NCBI RefSeq assembly: GCF_044704955.1
Contig: NC_091990.1
Location: 30,256,001 to 30,320,000, forward strand
Reading direction: 5' to 3'
DNA: 64,000 nucleotides
Source: Pristiophorus japonicus
Taxonomy: Eukaryota
This document shows positions 1-10,409 of this stretch, piece by piece. Every line of letters begins with the position of its first letter. Positions within the stretch are counted from its first letter, which is position 1. The position numbers and the translations under genes were made by a program. The notes under the pieces were generated by a model. It ran no database searches and was not told the DNA's origin. It saw only the letters and a list, made by a program, of their open reading frames with translations.

Positions 1-32
1 GTTTCCAATTCCATCACCCAATCCTTATATTT

Positions 33-303
33 CTTATATTTGCTTCATGGGTTCTTTGCTTAAGAATTCATAGCAACACATTGCTATTAAGAACTAGTTG
101 GTTTATTAACAAAGGTTTAACAATCACACTCCACATTACCAGTTCATCCACTAGGTTCACAACTGCATACCTCATTGTGGATGACCTAGACCCAACTGAC
201 TGGGGTTTTATTGAGTTTTGTGAACATCACGTGGCTGGCTAAGCCACTCACAATGCAACAACTCAACAAACCTGTGAGCATACCCACAGCTGCATACACT
301 ACA
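33..303 (-). mobile_element. Solo-LTR-like repeat, inverted relative to the copy at 1040-1671
   Basis: Reverse complement aligns by eye to 1040-1087 + 1453-1665 (e.g. ctcaataaaaccccagtcagttgg, gttaataaaccaactag, aagcaaagaacccatgaagcaaata). Confidence 0.7.
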
Positions 304-1039
304 GGGCGTGTCTGACAAGATCCTGGATGCACACTGGAAACCCTGCCAGTTATGTGGCCAGCGGTATGCGTGCCTGTAAGCTGTATGTATCATACTGGGC
401 ACTGTTTGAGCCCCATAATGCCATATTCAAACTTTCAAATCTGGGGCTCCCTTGCAAGGGAGCTTTGGTACAACATTTTTGAGCAGCTCCAATCTTTGGC
501 CAGATCGACCTGTGGCCCTCTTACAACGGTGACTACACTCCAAAAGTACTTCATTGGCTGTAAAACGCTTTGGGACACCCAGTGGTCGTGAAAGACGCTA
601 TATAAATGCAAGTCTTTCTTTTTTCTTTCTCTGCTGCCTGTCTGGAGTGGTGAAGATTCGCTGTGACATCTGGCCGGGTCTATGGCAGATGCCCCAGTAG
701 TGACAGTGCTGGTGTGGGCACCTGCCCAATAGATAGATCATCCAACCTAGGATTTGGGGTGAGGCAACGACAAGGCAGATTGGAAAGACTGCAATATACA
801 GCCGGACTTTCTAGCCTCTTCATTTGACTATTTTGTTCTTTTAAATCTGGCTTTGATTCTACTGCTCTGTGCTTCTTCTACTCCTTTGCCTCGTTCTGCT
901 TTCACTTTGTGTTCTGACTCAGTTTACAGTTTTCTCTCTATTATTGTTTGCGATTCTGGCTTTTTCTCTCTGCTGCACGCTCTATTTGTGTGCACGCCAC
1001 CTGTGTGGGCCACCCCCTGGAAATAATTAATTTACTGGG

Positions 1040-1671
1040 TGCAATGTATGCACCTGTGAGTATGCTCATAGCTTTGTAGAGCTGTTGTTCATCCTGTGCG
1101 GAGGGAAGCGGACAGGTCAGAAGGGCTGCTCCTGGGCATGGCCATGGTAACCATTAACCGATCCAAGTAGCGGGCTGTCGTTCAGCCTGACTGCCTGCCT
1201 CTCTTCCGCAGTTACATCCGAGCCAGGGTGTCCCTGGAGATGGAGCACGCGGTGTTCACCGGTACGCTCGTGGCCTTCCGTGAGAGGTGGGCACCAGAGA
1301 AGCTGGAGTGCATCATCACCCCGGCAACCAAATTTTAATTTGACCATTTATTGTTTAAAAAGTTTTATTGGTTAATTTGTCGATTCTAGTGCCCCTTTAA
1401 TAAGTGGGCACTTGATTTATTGTTTTACACCAAAATAGTTGTAGAGCTGTTGCATTGTGAGTAGCTTAGCCAGTCACGTGATGCTCACAAGACTCAATAA
1501 AACCCCAGTCAGTTGGATCTAGGTCATCCACTATGTGGTTGTGAGTCTAGTCGATGAACTGGTAATGTGCAGAGTGATTGTTAAACCTTTGTTAATAAAC
1601 CAACTAGTGCTTAATAGCAATGTGTTGCTACTAATTGTTAAGCAAAGAACCCATGAAGCAAATACATTACA
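1040..1671 (+). mobile_element. Solo LTR (~265 bp) interrupted by a Tx1-like insertion
   Basis: Ends TGCAATGTAT...ATACATTACA (TG..CA, short inverted termini); flanks ctggg/ttggg (near 5-bp TSD); internal AATAAA. Confidence 0.7.
1088..1439 (+). mobile_element. 5'-truncated Tx1-like non-LTR retrotransposon (3' end)
   Basis: Degenerate ORF2 C-terminus (LLLGMA...PDCLPLFRSYIRARVSLEMEHAV...AFRERWAP); TSD TGTAGAGCTGTTG at 1075-1087 and 1440-1452; second copy at 52327-52670. Confidence 0.7.
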
Positions 1672-1810
1672 TTGGGGACCATAGGAACAAAGTTGTATTT
1701 AAAGTAAACAATTGAATTTGTCATCTGTCATTTTGAGGTAAAATCAGAAAGAGCTTAACTGCTTCGTTTATAATTTTAGCTTTTTGTGGTAAAAACAGAA
1801 TCTGTGATTA

Positions 1811-2279
1811 AGAAAGATAAGAAAGACCGGATTTATATAGTGCCTTTCACGACCACCAGACGTCTCAAAGCACTTTACAGCCAATTAAGTATTTTTGGAG
1901 TGTAGTCACTGTTGTAATGTAGGAAACGCGGCAGCCAATTTGCGCTCAGCAATCTCCCTCAAACAGCACTGTGATAATAACCAGATAATCTGTTTTTGTT
2001 ATGTTAATTAAGGGATAAATATTGGTAAGGACATTTGGGATAACTCCCTTGCTCTTCTTCGAAATAGTGCCACGGGATCTTTTACGTCCACTTGAGCGAG
2101 CAGACTTAGCCAGTTTAATGTCTCATCCAAAAGATGGCACCTCCAACAGTGCAGCGCTCCCTCAGTACTGCATTGGAGTGTCAACCTAGATTTTTGTGCT
2201 CAAGTCCCTGGAGTGGGACTTGAACCAAGAACCTTCTGACTCAGAGGTGAGATTGCTACCAATTGAGCCATAGCTGACA
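1811..2279 (-). mobile_element. Full-length tRNA-derived DeuSINE (SacSINE1-like)
   Basis: On -: tRNA-like A/B boxes (tggctcaattgg, ggttcaagtcc), Deu-domain core ggaggtgccatcttttggatgaga, tail gtcgtgaaaggcactatataaat. Confidence 0.8.
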
Positions 2280-2709
2280 TGGCCGATATCAGAAAAAGAT
2301 GTTAGAATATTGGTACTTACAGTGCACCTGCCCTTCACCTGTGGCTTGCAACAAAGTTCCAGCTCCATGTATCCGTGGGCCTGAATTTAGAGCCTCTCAG
2401 CTTTTGGGAAGTTGCAGAGAAAAACAGAGAGCAGTCGAAAAAGTATAAAAGCGCAAACAAATTAAGCACAGGGCATTAGTTTATGAGAGGTCAGTGAGAG
2501 TGGCCCTCAAGCAAGTTATTGCTGGAGACTGTGGTCCCAATAAAAGTGAGCACCTCTGTATTAGAACACGCTCTCAAATCCAATGTACAAAACTAACATG
2601 TGAAAACTTGAAAAATTAACTTCGGAACTGGACAACATTTTTGTGTATAAAATGATGATTCAGAAATAATTGGTGCTTTACACTAATTGTTTTAATTGTG
2701 TCCCTACAG

Positions 2710-2847
2710 TCACATATCCGTAGTGCTACACTGGCAGGAGGAGTCGCTGTTGGACTTTCTGCTCCTCTGATACCATCTGCTTACATCGCAATGATAATCG
2801 GCTTGATTACTGGTGTTCTCTGCACCCTGGGGTTCAAGTACCTGAAG
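2710..2847 (+). CDS. RHCE: Rh30 (RHD/RHCE-type) coding exon, equivalent to human exon 6
   Basis: tacag|TCA...AAG|gtaatg; 138 nt; SHIRSATLAGGVAVGLSAPLIPSAYIAMIIGLITGVLCTLGFKYLK carries the Rh/Amt 'ATLAGGVAVG' motif. Upstream exons lie outside the window. Confidence 0.93.
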
Positions 2848-3604
2848 GTAATGTTGAAAAATAAATCATTAAATGTAACATGTGCTTATGGATGTACAGT
2901 TATTCCATCTATTTTTATTTACTGTCTTTCTCTGTTGAAATATACATCAAAGTTGATAATTAAGGATGCAGGACCATGGGGCAGTAAGACTTCAGGAGTT
3001 GTTGGTCAACAGCAAACAATCCTGTCAAGTCCAATCGGTGAATCCAATCTTTTTTTGTAGGTTTTTAAGTAAACCTCGAGTCTAGGAACTAAAGCGTCAA
3101 TATAGCTGATCTTACATTGACTGGCTGCCCCACATAAATTCACAAGTGTATCTTTTAAACTGATGCAACCAATTTACTGGATTTTATGACACTTACTGTT
3201 TATACACAGATGGCTATCAGAAACAGATTGTAGAAAGTCTGCTCGAGAAGCTTTCTGGCTAAGCAAGCCAAATGCAGTGAGCATATGTCAGTGTAAGAAT
3301 GCATTCATCCATGCAGACCGCTAGGTCCCAGGTTTGATCTCTGGTTTGTGCTGACTTGGCTCGCCATAACTGTGGAGCAACTGGGCTGCTATAACAAGGC
3401 AGGGAAAAAATATCAGCCAGAGTTCCTACTCCTGATCGCTGATCAGTGACTCGTACTGGAGAGTGCACAAGTGTGGAGAGCAGGAATATGTTTGGCTCTG
3501 GTGCACATCCAGGTACCTGCTGATACTCAGTGTCAAAGCTTACATGTGAAGAATGGCCAGTTGTATCAGGTACCAGAGGGCTGCAGGCGTATGTGAAACT
3601 GTAC

Positions 3605-3966
3605 TCTTCTTAGGCATGACTTGCTGCCACACTAAAATGAATTCTCAGGTGACTGTTGAGACCAATGCGGGATCTACAGTCTCGGTCACAGGTGGGGTAG
3701 ACGGTGGTTGGAGGGACGGGTGGGTTGGGTGCTTAATTTGCCGTATGCTCCTTCTGCTGTTTGTGCTTGGCTTCCACATGTTCCCAGCGAAGAGACTCAA
3801 AGTGTTCGGCGCCTTCTCGGATGCATCTCCTCCACTTTGAGCAGTCTTGGGCCAGGGAATCCCAAGAGTCGGCGGGAATGTTACATTTTTTCAAGGAGGC
3901 TTTGAGGGTGTCCTTGAAGCATTTTCTCTGCCCTCCTGGGGCTCGCCTGCCGTGATGTAGCTCGGA
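3605..3966 (-). mobile_element. 5'-truncated RTE-clade LINE (3' end)
   Basis: ELHHGRRAPGGQRKCFKDTLKASLKKCNI...W..LAQD.SKWR is a typical RTE C-terminus; 16-bp TSD GTATGTGAAACTGTAC at 3589-3604 and 3967-3982. Confidence 0.85.
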
Positions 3967-4217
3967 GTATGTGAAACTGTACACAAACAAGAGTCAACAC
4001 TTTCAGCGGAGAAGGGGATAAAATCTTTTTTTTAAATCTTTTTTTTTTAAATGCATTCAATATCAAACCGATCTCATTTTCACTGCCAAAGATCCATTCT
4101 TGCATTTGCCAGTCTTAATTTGTGTCAATCTTATTCGGAGTACTCTAAAGTATTGTTTGGTTTCCTCTCTTTGTGCATGTGTGCAGACAACGCCTAACAA
4201 TTTAACATCTCTTCTAG

Positions 4218-4342
4218 GCCATGTTTCAATTATATTTGGGTGTGCATGATACCTGTGGGGTTTTATATACCCATGCTTTGCCTGGAGTAATAGGAGGCAT
4301 AGTATACATCATCTTACTTTCCATAAGTGATGATTTGCAAAG
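4218..4342 (+). CDS. RHCE: Rh30 coding exon (exon 7 equivalent)
   Basis: ttctag|GCC...AAG|gtatgt; 125 nt, ends in phase 2; AMFQLYLGVHDTCGVLYTHALPGVIGGIVYIILLSISDDLQ matches the Rh DTCG..H.LPG motif. Confidence 0.92.
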
Positions 4343-5792
4343 GTATGTTTTCACTTTCTATGATAAATAAAATGTCTAAGGCCTTTTGCTGTGTGATATC
4401 AGCATTCAAATGTGTAACATATTTGTACAAGATTGACTTTATCTAACATTTTAATAAAGGGTTTGTCATATAAATGCATTAAGTATCTAGGGGCTCTTAA
4501 TTATATACAGTGTAATTTCTCGGCTGGTATGGTCTGTGTTGCTTTATAAGCGAAATTTTACTTCAATTTTCCACTAGTTCCGTTCTTTTGTTCCCTGTTA
4601 CTTTATATTGTTTTCAAATTTATTTTCAGTCTAGTTTGCCCTTAAGTAGAGAAATCTTCCATTTATTTTGCCAGTTCCTTTCTTTTTCTTTAAATTTGTG
4701 CTGAAGAATTAAATATTTCTGCTTTTTGTACCTGTGTCAGAATCAAGCACTCCCACATTATACAGACTGTGGTAAAGTTGCTTTTAGACTGATTCAAGGG
4801 TAATTTTAATCAGCCATTCTCATTTTCATTAGACTCACAGTGTTCCCCAAGTCTCATGGGGTCCCTAAGCTCTTGGATTTCTGCTCTCACAGAGAACTTG
4901 TAGCTTTAAAGAAAAGTAAGAGAACAGTGTCATTTGCCTCATTCTGAACAAGCCGTGTACAGTGGATTAATAAGTGCAAAGCCAATTGCCAAGTGCCTAC
5001 CCCTCCAAATATACAGTTAGTTGCCTTTGGGGATGTCTAAGTAAACAGTCTCCACTGCAGGAATCGTAGGTTTGCTAATCATTAACTTTAAACATGCATT
5101 TGAATTTAAGCTGCAAGGGGATTTCCTTTATGGCCTTGAAATTTGTCTCTGCTGATGTGAAAAATAGAAAAAAAGATGTATGAGGTTCTTGAGGTTTTGG
5201 ATACGATACATTTTGTGACAGATATATAAGGCCAACGGCATCCCTGAGTGCCAGTACCAGAGCCCCATGATTCTATAGCAGTGGAAATTGCATTAGAATT
5301 TCTCCTCGCATAGGATCAGAAAGAGGCTGTATTCGGGCCGGGGCTGGGTTTTCTCCCATTCTTATTGGTGGGTGCCAGCATTTCTTCCAGCCCCTGCTGA
5401 TTCGCAGGTTCGATTGTTTTGTCTCTGATCTGGGTCTACAGCCACAAATTGATGGCTGGGCCAGTGCAGCACATGTCAGGTGGAATGGCTGCGGGGAAGA
5501 CCTCCATCATTACACACGTTGAACTTAAAAAATTGGAGCATTCCTTTTCTAAATTTAAATGCAAAAGTCTGGAGGGCAGTCATCTTTGATAAAAGTGCCA
5601 TCATCAGTCTCAATACACGGTTATATATTTGTGGAAGATATATATGAAACTAAAAATCTGGCTGCATGCTGGTGATGTATGGTGCTGACGGCCTAGCTGG
5701 TGGGGTGTCTGTAGCAGTTGCAGTGTGGCTGGCTGACTATGGATTGATTGATTGATTGGCTGTAGGCTGGCTGGCTACGGATTGATTGGCTG

Positions 5793-7383
5793 TAGAAACA
5801 TAGAAACATAGAAAATAGGTGCAGGAGTAGGCCATTCGCCCCTTCGAGCCTGCACCAACATTCCATAAGATCATGGCTGATCTTTCACCTCAGTACCCCT
5901 TTCCTGCTTTCTCTCCACACCCCTTGATCTCTTTAGCCATAAGGGCCATATCCAACTCCCTCTTGAATATATCCAATGAACTGGCATCAACAACTTTCTG
6001 CGGCAGGGAATTCCACAGGTTAACAACTCTCTGAGTGAAGAAGTTTCTCCTCATCTCAGTCCTAAATGGGCTTACCCCTTATCCTTAGACTGTGATCCTT
6101 GGTTCTGGACTCCCCCAACATCGGGAACATTCTTCCTGCATCTAAGCTGTCCAGTCCCGTCAGAATTTTATATGTTTCTATGAGATCATCTCTCATTCTT
6201 CTAAACTCCAGTGAATACAGGCCCAGTCAATCTAGTCTCTCCTCATATGTCAGTCCTGCCATCCCGGGAATCAGTCTGGTGAACCTTCACTGCACTCCCT
6301 CAATAGCAAGAACATCCTTCCTCAGATTAGGAGACCAAAACTGAACACAATATTCCAGGTGAGGCCTCACCAAGGCCCTGTACAGCTGCAGCAAGACCTC
6401 CCTGCTCCATACTCAAATCCCCTCGCTATGAAGGCCAACATGCCATTTGCCCTCTTCACTGCCTGCTGTACCTGCATGCCAACCTTCAATGACTGATGTA
6501 CCATGACACCCAGGTCTTGTTGCACCTCCCCTTTTCTTAATCTGCCACCATTCAGATAATATTCTGCCTTCATGTTTTTGCCACCAAAGTGGACAACCTC
6601 ACATTTATCCACATTATACTGCATCTGCATGCATTTGCCCAGTCACCTAACCTGTCCAAGTCACCCTGCAGCCTCTTAGCATCCTGCTCACAGCTCACAC
6701 TGCCACCCAGCTTAGTGTCATCTGCAAACTTTGAGATATCACTTTTAATTCCTTCATCTAAATCATTGATGTATAATATAAATAGCTTGGGTCCCAGCAC
6801 AGAGCCCTCGGCACCCCACTAGTCACTGCCTGCCATTCTGAAAAGGACCCGTTTATCCTGACTCTCTGCTTCCTGTCTGCCAACCAGTTCTCTATCCATG
6901 TCAATACATTACCCCCAATCCTATGTGCATTAATTTTGCACACCAATCTCTTGTGTGGGACCTTGTTAAAAGCCTTTTGAAAGTCCAAATACACCACATC
7001 CACTGGTTCTCCCTTGTCCACTCAACTAGTTACATCCTCAAAAAATTCTAGAAGATTTGTCAAGCATGATTTCCCCTTCATAAATCCATGCTGACTTGGA
7101 CCGATCCTGTCACTGCTTTCCAAATGCACTGCTATTTCATCTTTAATAATTGATTCCAACATTTTCCCCACTACTGATGTCAGGCTAACCGGTCTATAAT
7201 TCCCTGTTTTCTCTCTCCCTCCTTTTTTAAAAAGTGGTGTTACATTAGCTACTCTCCAGTCCATAGGAACTGATCCAGAGTCGATAGACTGTTGGAAAAT
7301 GATCACCAATGCATCCACTATTTCTAGGGCCACTTCCTTCAGTACTGTGGGATGCAGACTATCAGGCCCTGGGGATTTATCGG
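5793..7383 (-). mobile_element. 5'-truncated CR1 LINE (frameshifted RT + 3' tail)
   Basis: NYRPVSLTS, YLDFQKAF and KFADDTK motifs across the ORFs at 6367-7459; (TTTCTATG)n tail; inserted into a ggctg/gattg low-complexity repeat. Confidence 0.93.
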
Positions 7384-8156
7384 CTAGCTGGCTATGGATT
7401 GATTGGTCGGCTGTAGGCTGGCTGGCTCCTGTTCTGCGGCTGACCGCTGCAGTTCTCACTTCAGCTCTTACTCTGCTGCTCTCTGTACCCTCACCTCCTC
7501 ATTGGGGACCATAAGATTAAAGTTCGAGAGTTCTTCAATCTAAAAATTGCTGTTGTTATACTATTCTTAAGGCTTAAACATATTTAGCTCACTTGGTAAT
7601 GTGCTGCAGAATCTATATTCCCTTGCTAAATTGGACAGCTCTTTCAAAGAGCCGGCCCAGGCATGATGGGCCGAATGGCCTCCTTCTGTGCTGCCAGATT
7701 CTGTGATTCTATTATATGCTGCAGTAATTGATTGGCTTGTGACAGCGATTGGCTTTGAGGTGTTGTAGAATTCTAGAGATCCGGCTTAATACTGTCACTG
7801 GTACCAAAGTTGGAAAGGTATCCTAGTCCTCAGCAGTCACATTGTTCACTTTGATAAGCGCAAAATCTTTTGGTTTCTTGTCCAAGAAGCATCTATGTCA
7901 TAGATAGGTTATCAAGCTTCCTGGGATCTGCGACTTCTAAATGAGGGTGTAACTTCACAAGTCCACCCGAAGCACAAATCGTAAATTCCGGCATGCACTG
8001 CCCATCATTTTCTCAGCATTCATTTTAATATTGTGTGTCTCAATGACCAATCTCTGCTGCCGGTGGCTGAGACTCCCCACCAACAATGCAGACGTCAAAG
8101 GTATGCCTGTAGTTTTCTTGTCACAATTTTAAGCTCTGTGGATGTTTTGCTTTCAG

Positions 8157-8236
8157 AAAGATGTTACATACGGAATACTGGCAGACAGCTATGTTTATTA
8201 CCATGGCAATGAGCATTCTAACAGGATTAATCACAG
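8157..8236 (+). CDS. RHCE: Rh30 coding exon (exon 8 equivalent)
   Basis: tttcag|A...ACAG|gtgagt; 80 nt; phases fit both neighbours; KMLHTEYWQTAMFITMAMSILTGLITG (last TM helix). Confidence 0.88.
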
Positions 8237-8610
8237 GTGAGTTTGTAAAATATCTTATATAGATAGAATTTCAATAATGTAGCTGTCATTTATGGAGTGT
8301 GATGGTACAACATCTGTGTGCAGGAAAATGCCTTAACTCGTTCTGAATGATATCAGGAACATAAAACCCATGCCTCCTCCCTCCCAGTGATATTCTAGTT
8401 TTCTTTCATCAGTTGCTAAGCTACACAATGAACTCCAAGCAGATTTGTGTCACTGCTGACATTAAATTAGTATCTAGACAGACATTCTTAGAATGCAGCT
8501 CTTTGCCACACACAATTTCGTGACAAGGAAAGGAGTCACATTAAGTTTAATTATATATTCTTCGGGACTAGGTTAAGGGGAATAGCAACAACCTTGTGAA
8601 TGCTAATGGT

Positions 8611-8906
8611 GTAAGAACAAAGAGTAGGCCATTTGGCCCCTCGAGCCTGCACCAGCATTTAATAAGATCATGGCTGATCTGATCTTGGGCTCAGCCCAAC
8701 TTCCCTGCCCGCTCCCCATAACCCTTCACTCCCTTATCTTTCAAAAATCTCTCTAACTCCACCTTAAATATATTCAGTGACTCAGCCTCCACAGCTCTCT
8801 GGAGCAGAGAATTCCACAGATTTACATCCCTCTGAGAGAAGAAATTTCTCCTCCTCTCAGTTCTAAATGGGTGACCACTTATTCTTAAGCTATGCCCCCT
8901 AGTCCT
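8611..8906 (-). mobile_element. CR1 3' fragment
   Basis: TRGHSLRISGHPFRTERRRNFFSQR..NLWNSL, followed by the CR1 3' UTR. Confidence 0.85.
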
Positions 8907-9633
8907 CACAGACAGCGCGACATCTTTGAAGATGATCTACATGGTCGGTAAAAGTGAGCGAGTGCACCTATCATTGATGATGGAGCTTGGTTACATGGCC
9001 TGCTCTGTGACACTTGTTTCCAGGAATGAAAAGTTTCCCTTTACTTGGGGGTACTGGAGAGTGGGAGGCAAGCCTGGCACAATCCTTGAGGATTTTGTCA
9101 CAGACAGATTGGATGGTGACAGTGATCACAAGGAGGTTGGGAACACATTTGTGCAGTGGGACAGAGGATACAAGCTCTTGAATTGTGAATGCTAATGGTG
9201 TAAGAACATAAGTAAGGCATCGTGGTGCACCTGGGGTAGCGTTAACCTTACAAAAAAGGTTTTAACAAATCAAATGCATTCCAGAATGAAACTTCCTTCA
9301 TTTGATTTTGTAGAAACCATAACAAAGCATTAAATTTGTTGGAAGTACATAAGTAATGAATGAAAATGTTATTTGAATAATCATAACACCATGCTGTAAA
9401 AATAAAGTGTTTCTTATTTTTAGATCTCCGTCAGTGATTTTCAAGTTTGCAGATTGAGAGATACGAAACATAGTACCTTCCTGATTCAGTACCCTCTCAG
9501 ACAATGCATTGATTCTCTGCCCCAGAGAGCTGTGGAGGCTGGGTCATTGAATAAATTTAAGACAGAGATGGACAGCTTCTTAACCGATAAGGGAATAAGG
9601 GGTTATGGGGAGCGGGCGGGGAAGTGGAGCTGA

Positions 9634-10208
9634 GTCGCCCTCCTGCACCAGCTCATGCTGCTCCCTGAAATAATCTCCCAGTGCCTGCACGCTGCTCCCG
9701 AAGCCGCTTGCCGCTCCTTTTATGGCCCCGACCTGCCGCTGGTGTTCTCACGCAGGTCGGGGTCGCCACTCCAGCGAAGAGGGTCATAATCAAAGTCCAG
9801 ATCGGTGATTGGAGCGTGGACAGGTACAGCAGGAGCGGCGAGGTCGGGGCGAAGGAGTGGCGAGAGATTGCGGAGCGACATAAGCAGGGCCCAGGAGAGG
9901 CGAGAGTTCATGGCCCAGGAGAGCCGAGGGCCCAGGGACAGCACGGGCCAGCCCACACCGCGCTATGTGTGCGCACTGGGTCAGTGCAGCAGACCTGGTT
10001 TCCCGACGTCCTGGTTAACCCTTGCTACAAGACCCAGCTCTGCCAAGCCCGTGTGGTGGCTGTTGTGCAACGGTCACCACACGTTAAAAAAATCCATGCA
10101 CTGGCATCTTCCACCCCTTCAGGATGTAGTTCGCGACCTGGAATATTAGGTCCCTTTTCGGCGTGGAAGCAAGTCATCCTCAATACGAGGGACTGCCTAT
10201 GATGATGA
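9634..10208 (+). mobile_element. GC-rich non-autonomous retroelement with RTE-type tail; 5'-inverted copy
   Basis: Similar to 53273-54887 and 58380-58968; ends gtggaagcaagtcatcctc...gcctatgatgatga. Confidence 0.75.
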
Positions 10209-10409
10209 GACAATACATTTCACCACTGAGCCACACAGGGTGTACTACTTTATAAAAGAGCACAATCACTCCATCTACAGGTCATACAGGTCATTGCACC
10301 TGTGTCCCAATAGCGTAGTTTTAATCGGTGATGGGTTTGTTAATAAAAATGGACGTTTTTTTTAAACTATTCTTTTAAAATTCTTTATCAAAGTTGGGAA
10401 GAATAACTA

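Noticed and set aside
2698-3060. 120-aa ORF as a standalone gene
   Set aside because: Only 2710-2847 is an Rh exon; the rest is read-through past the GT donor.
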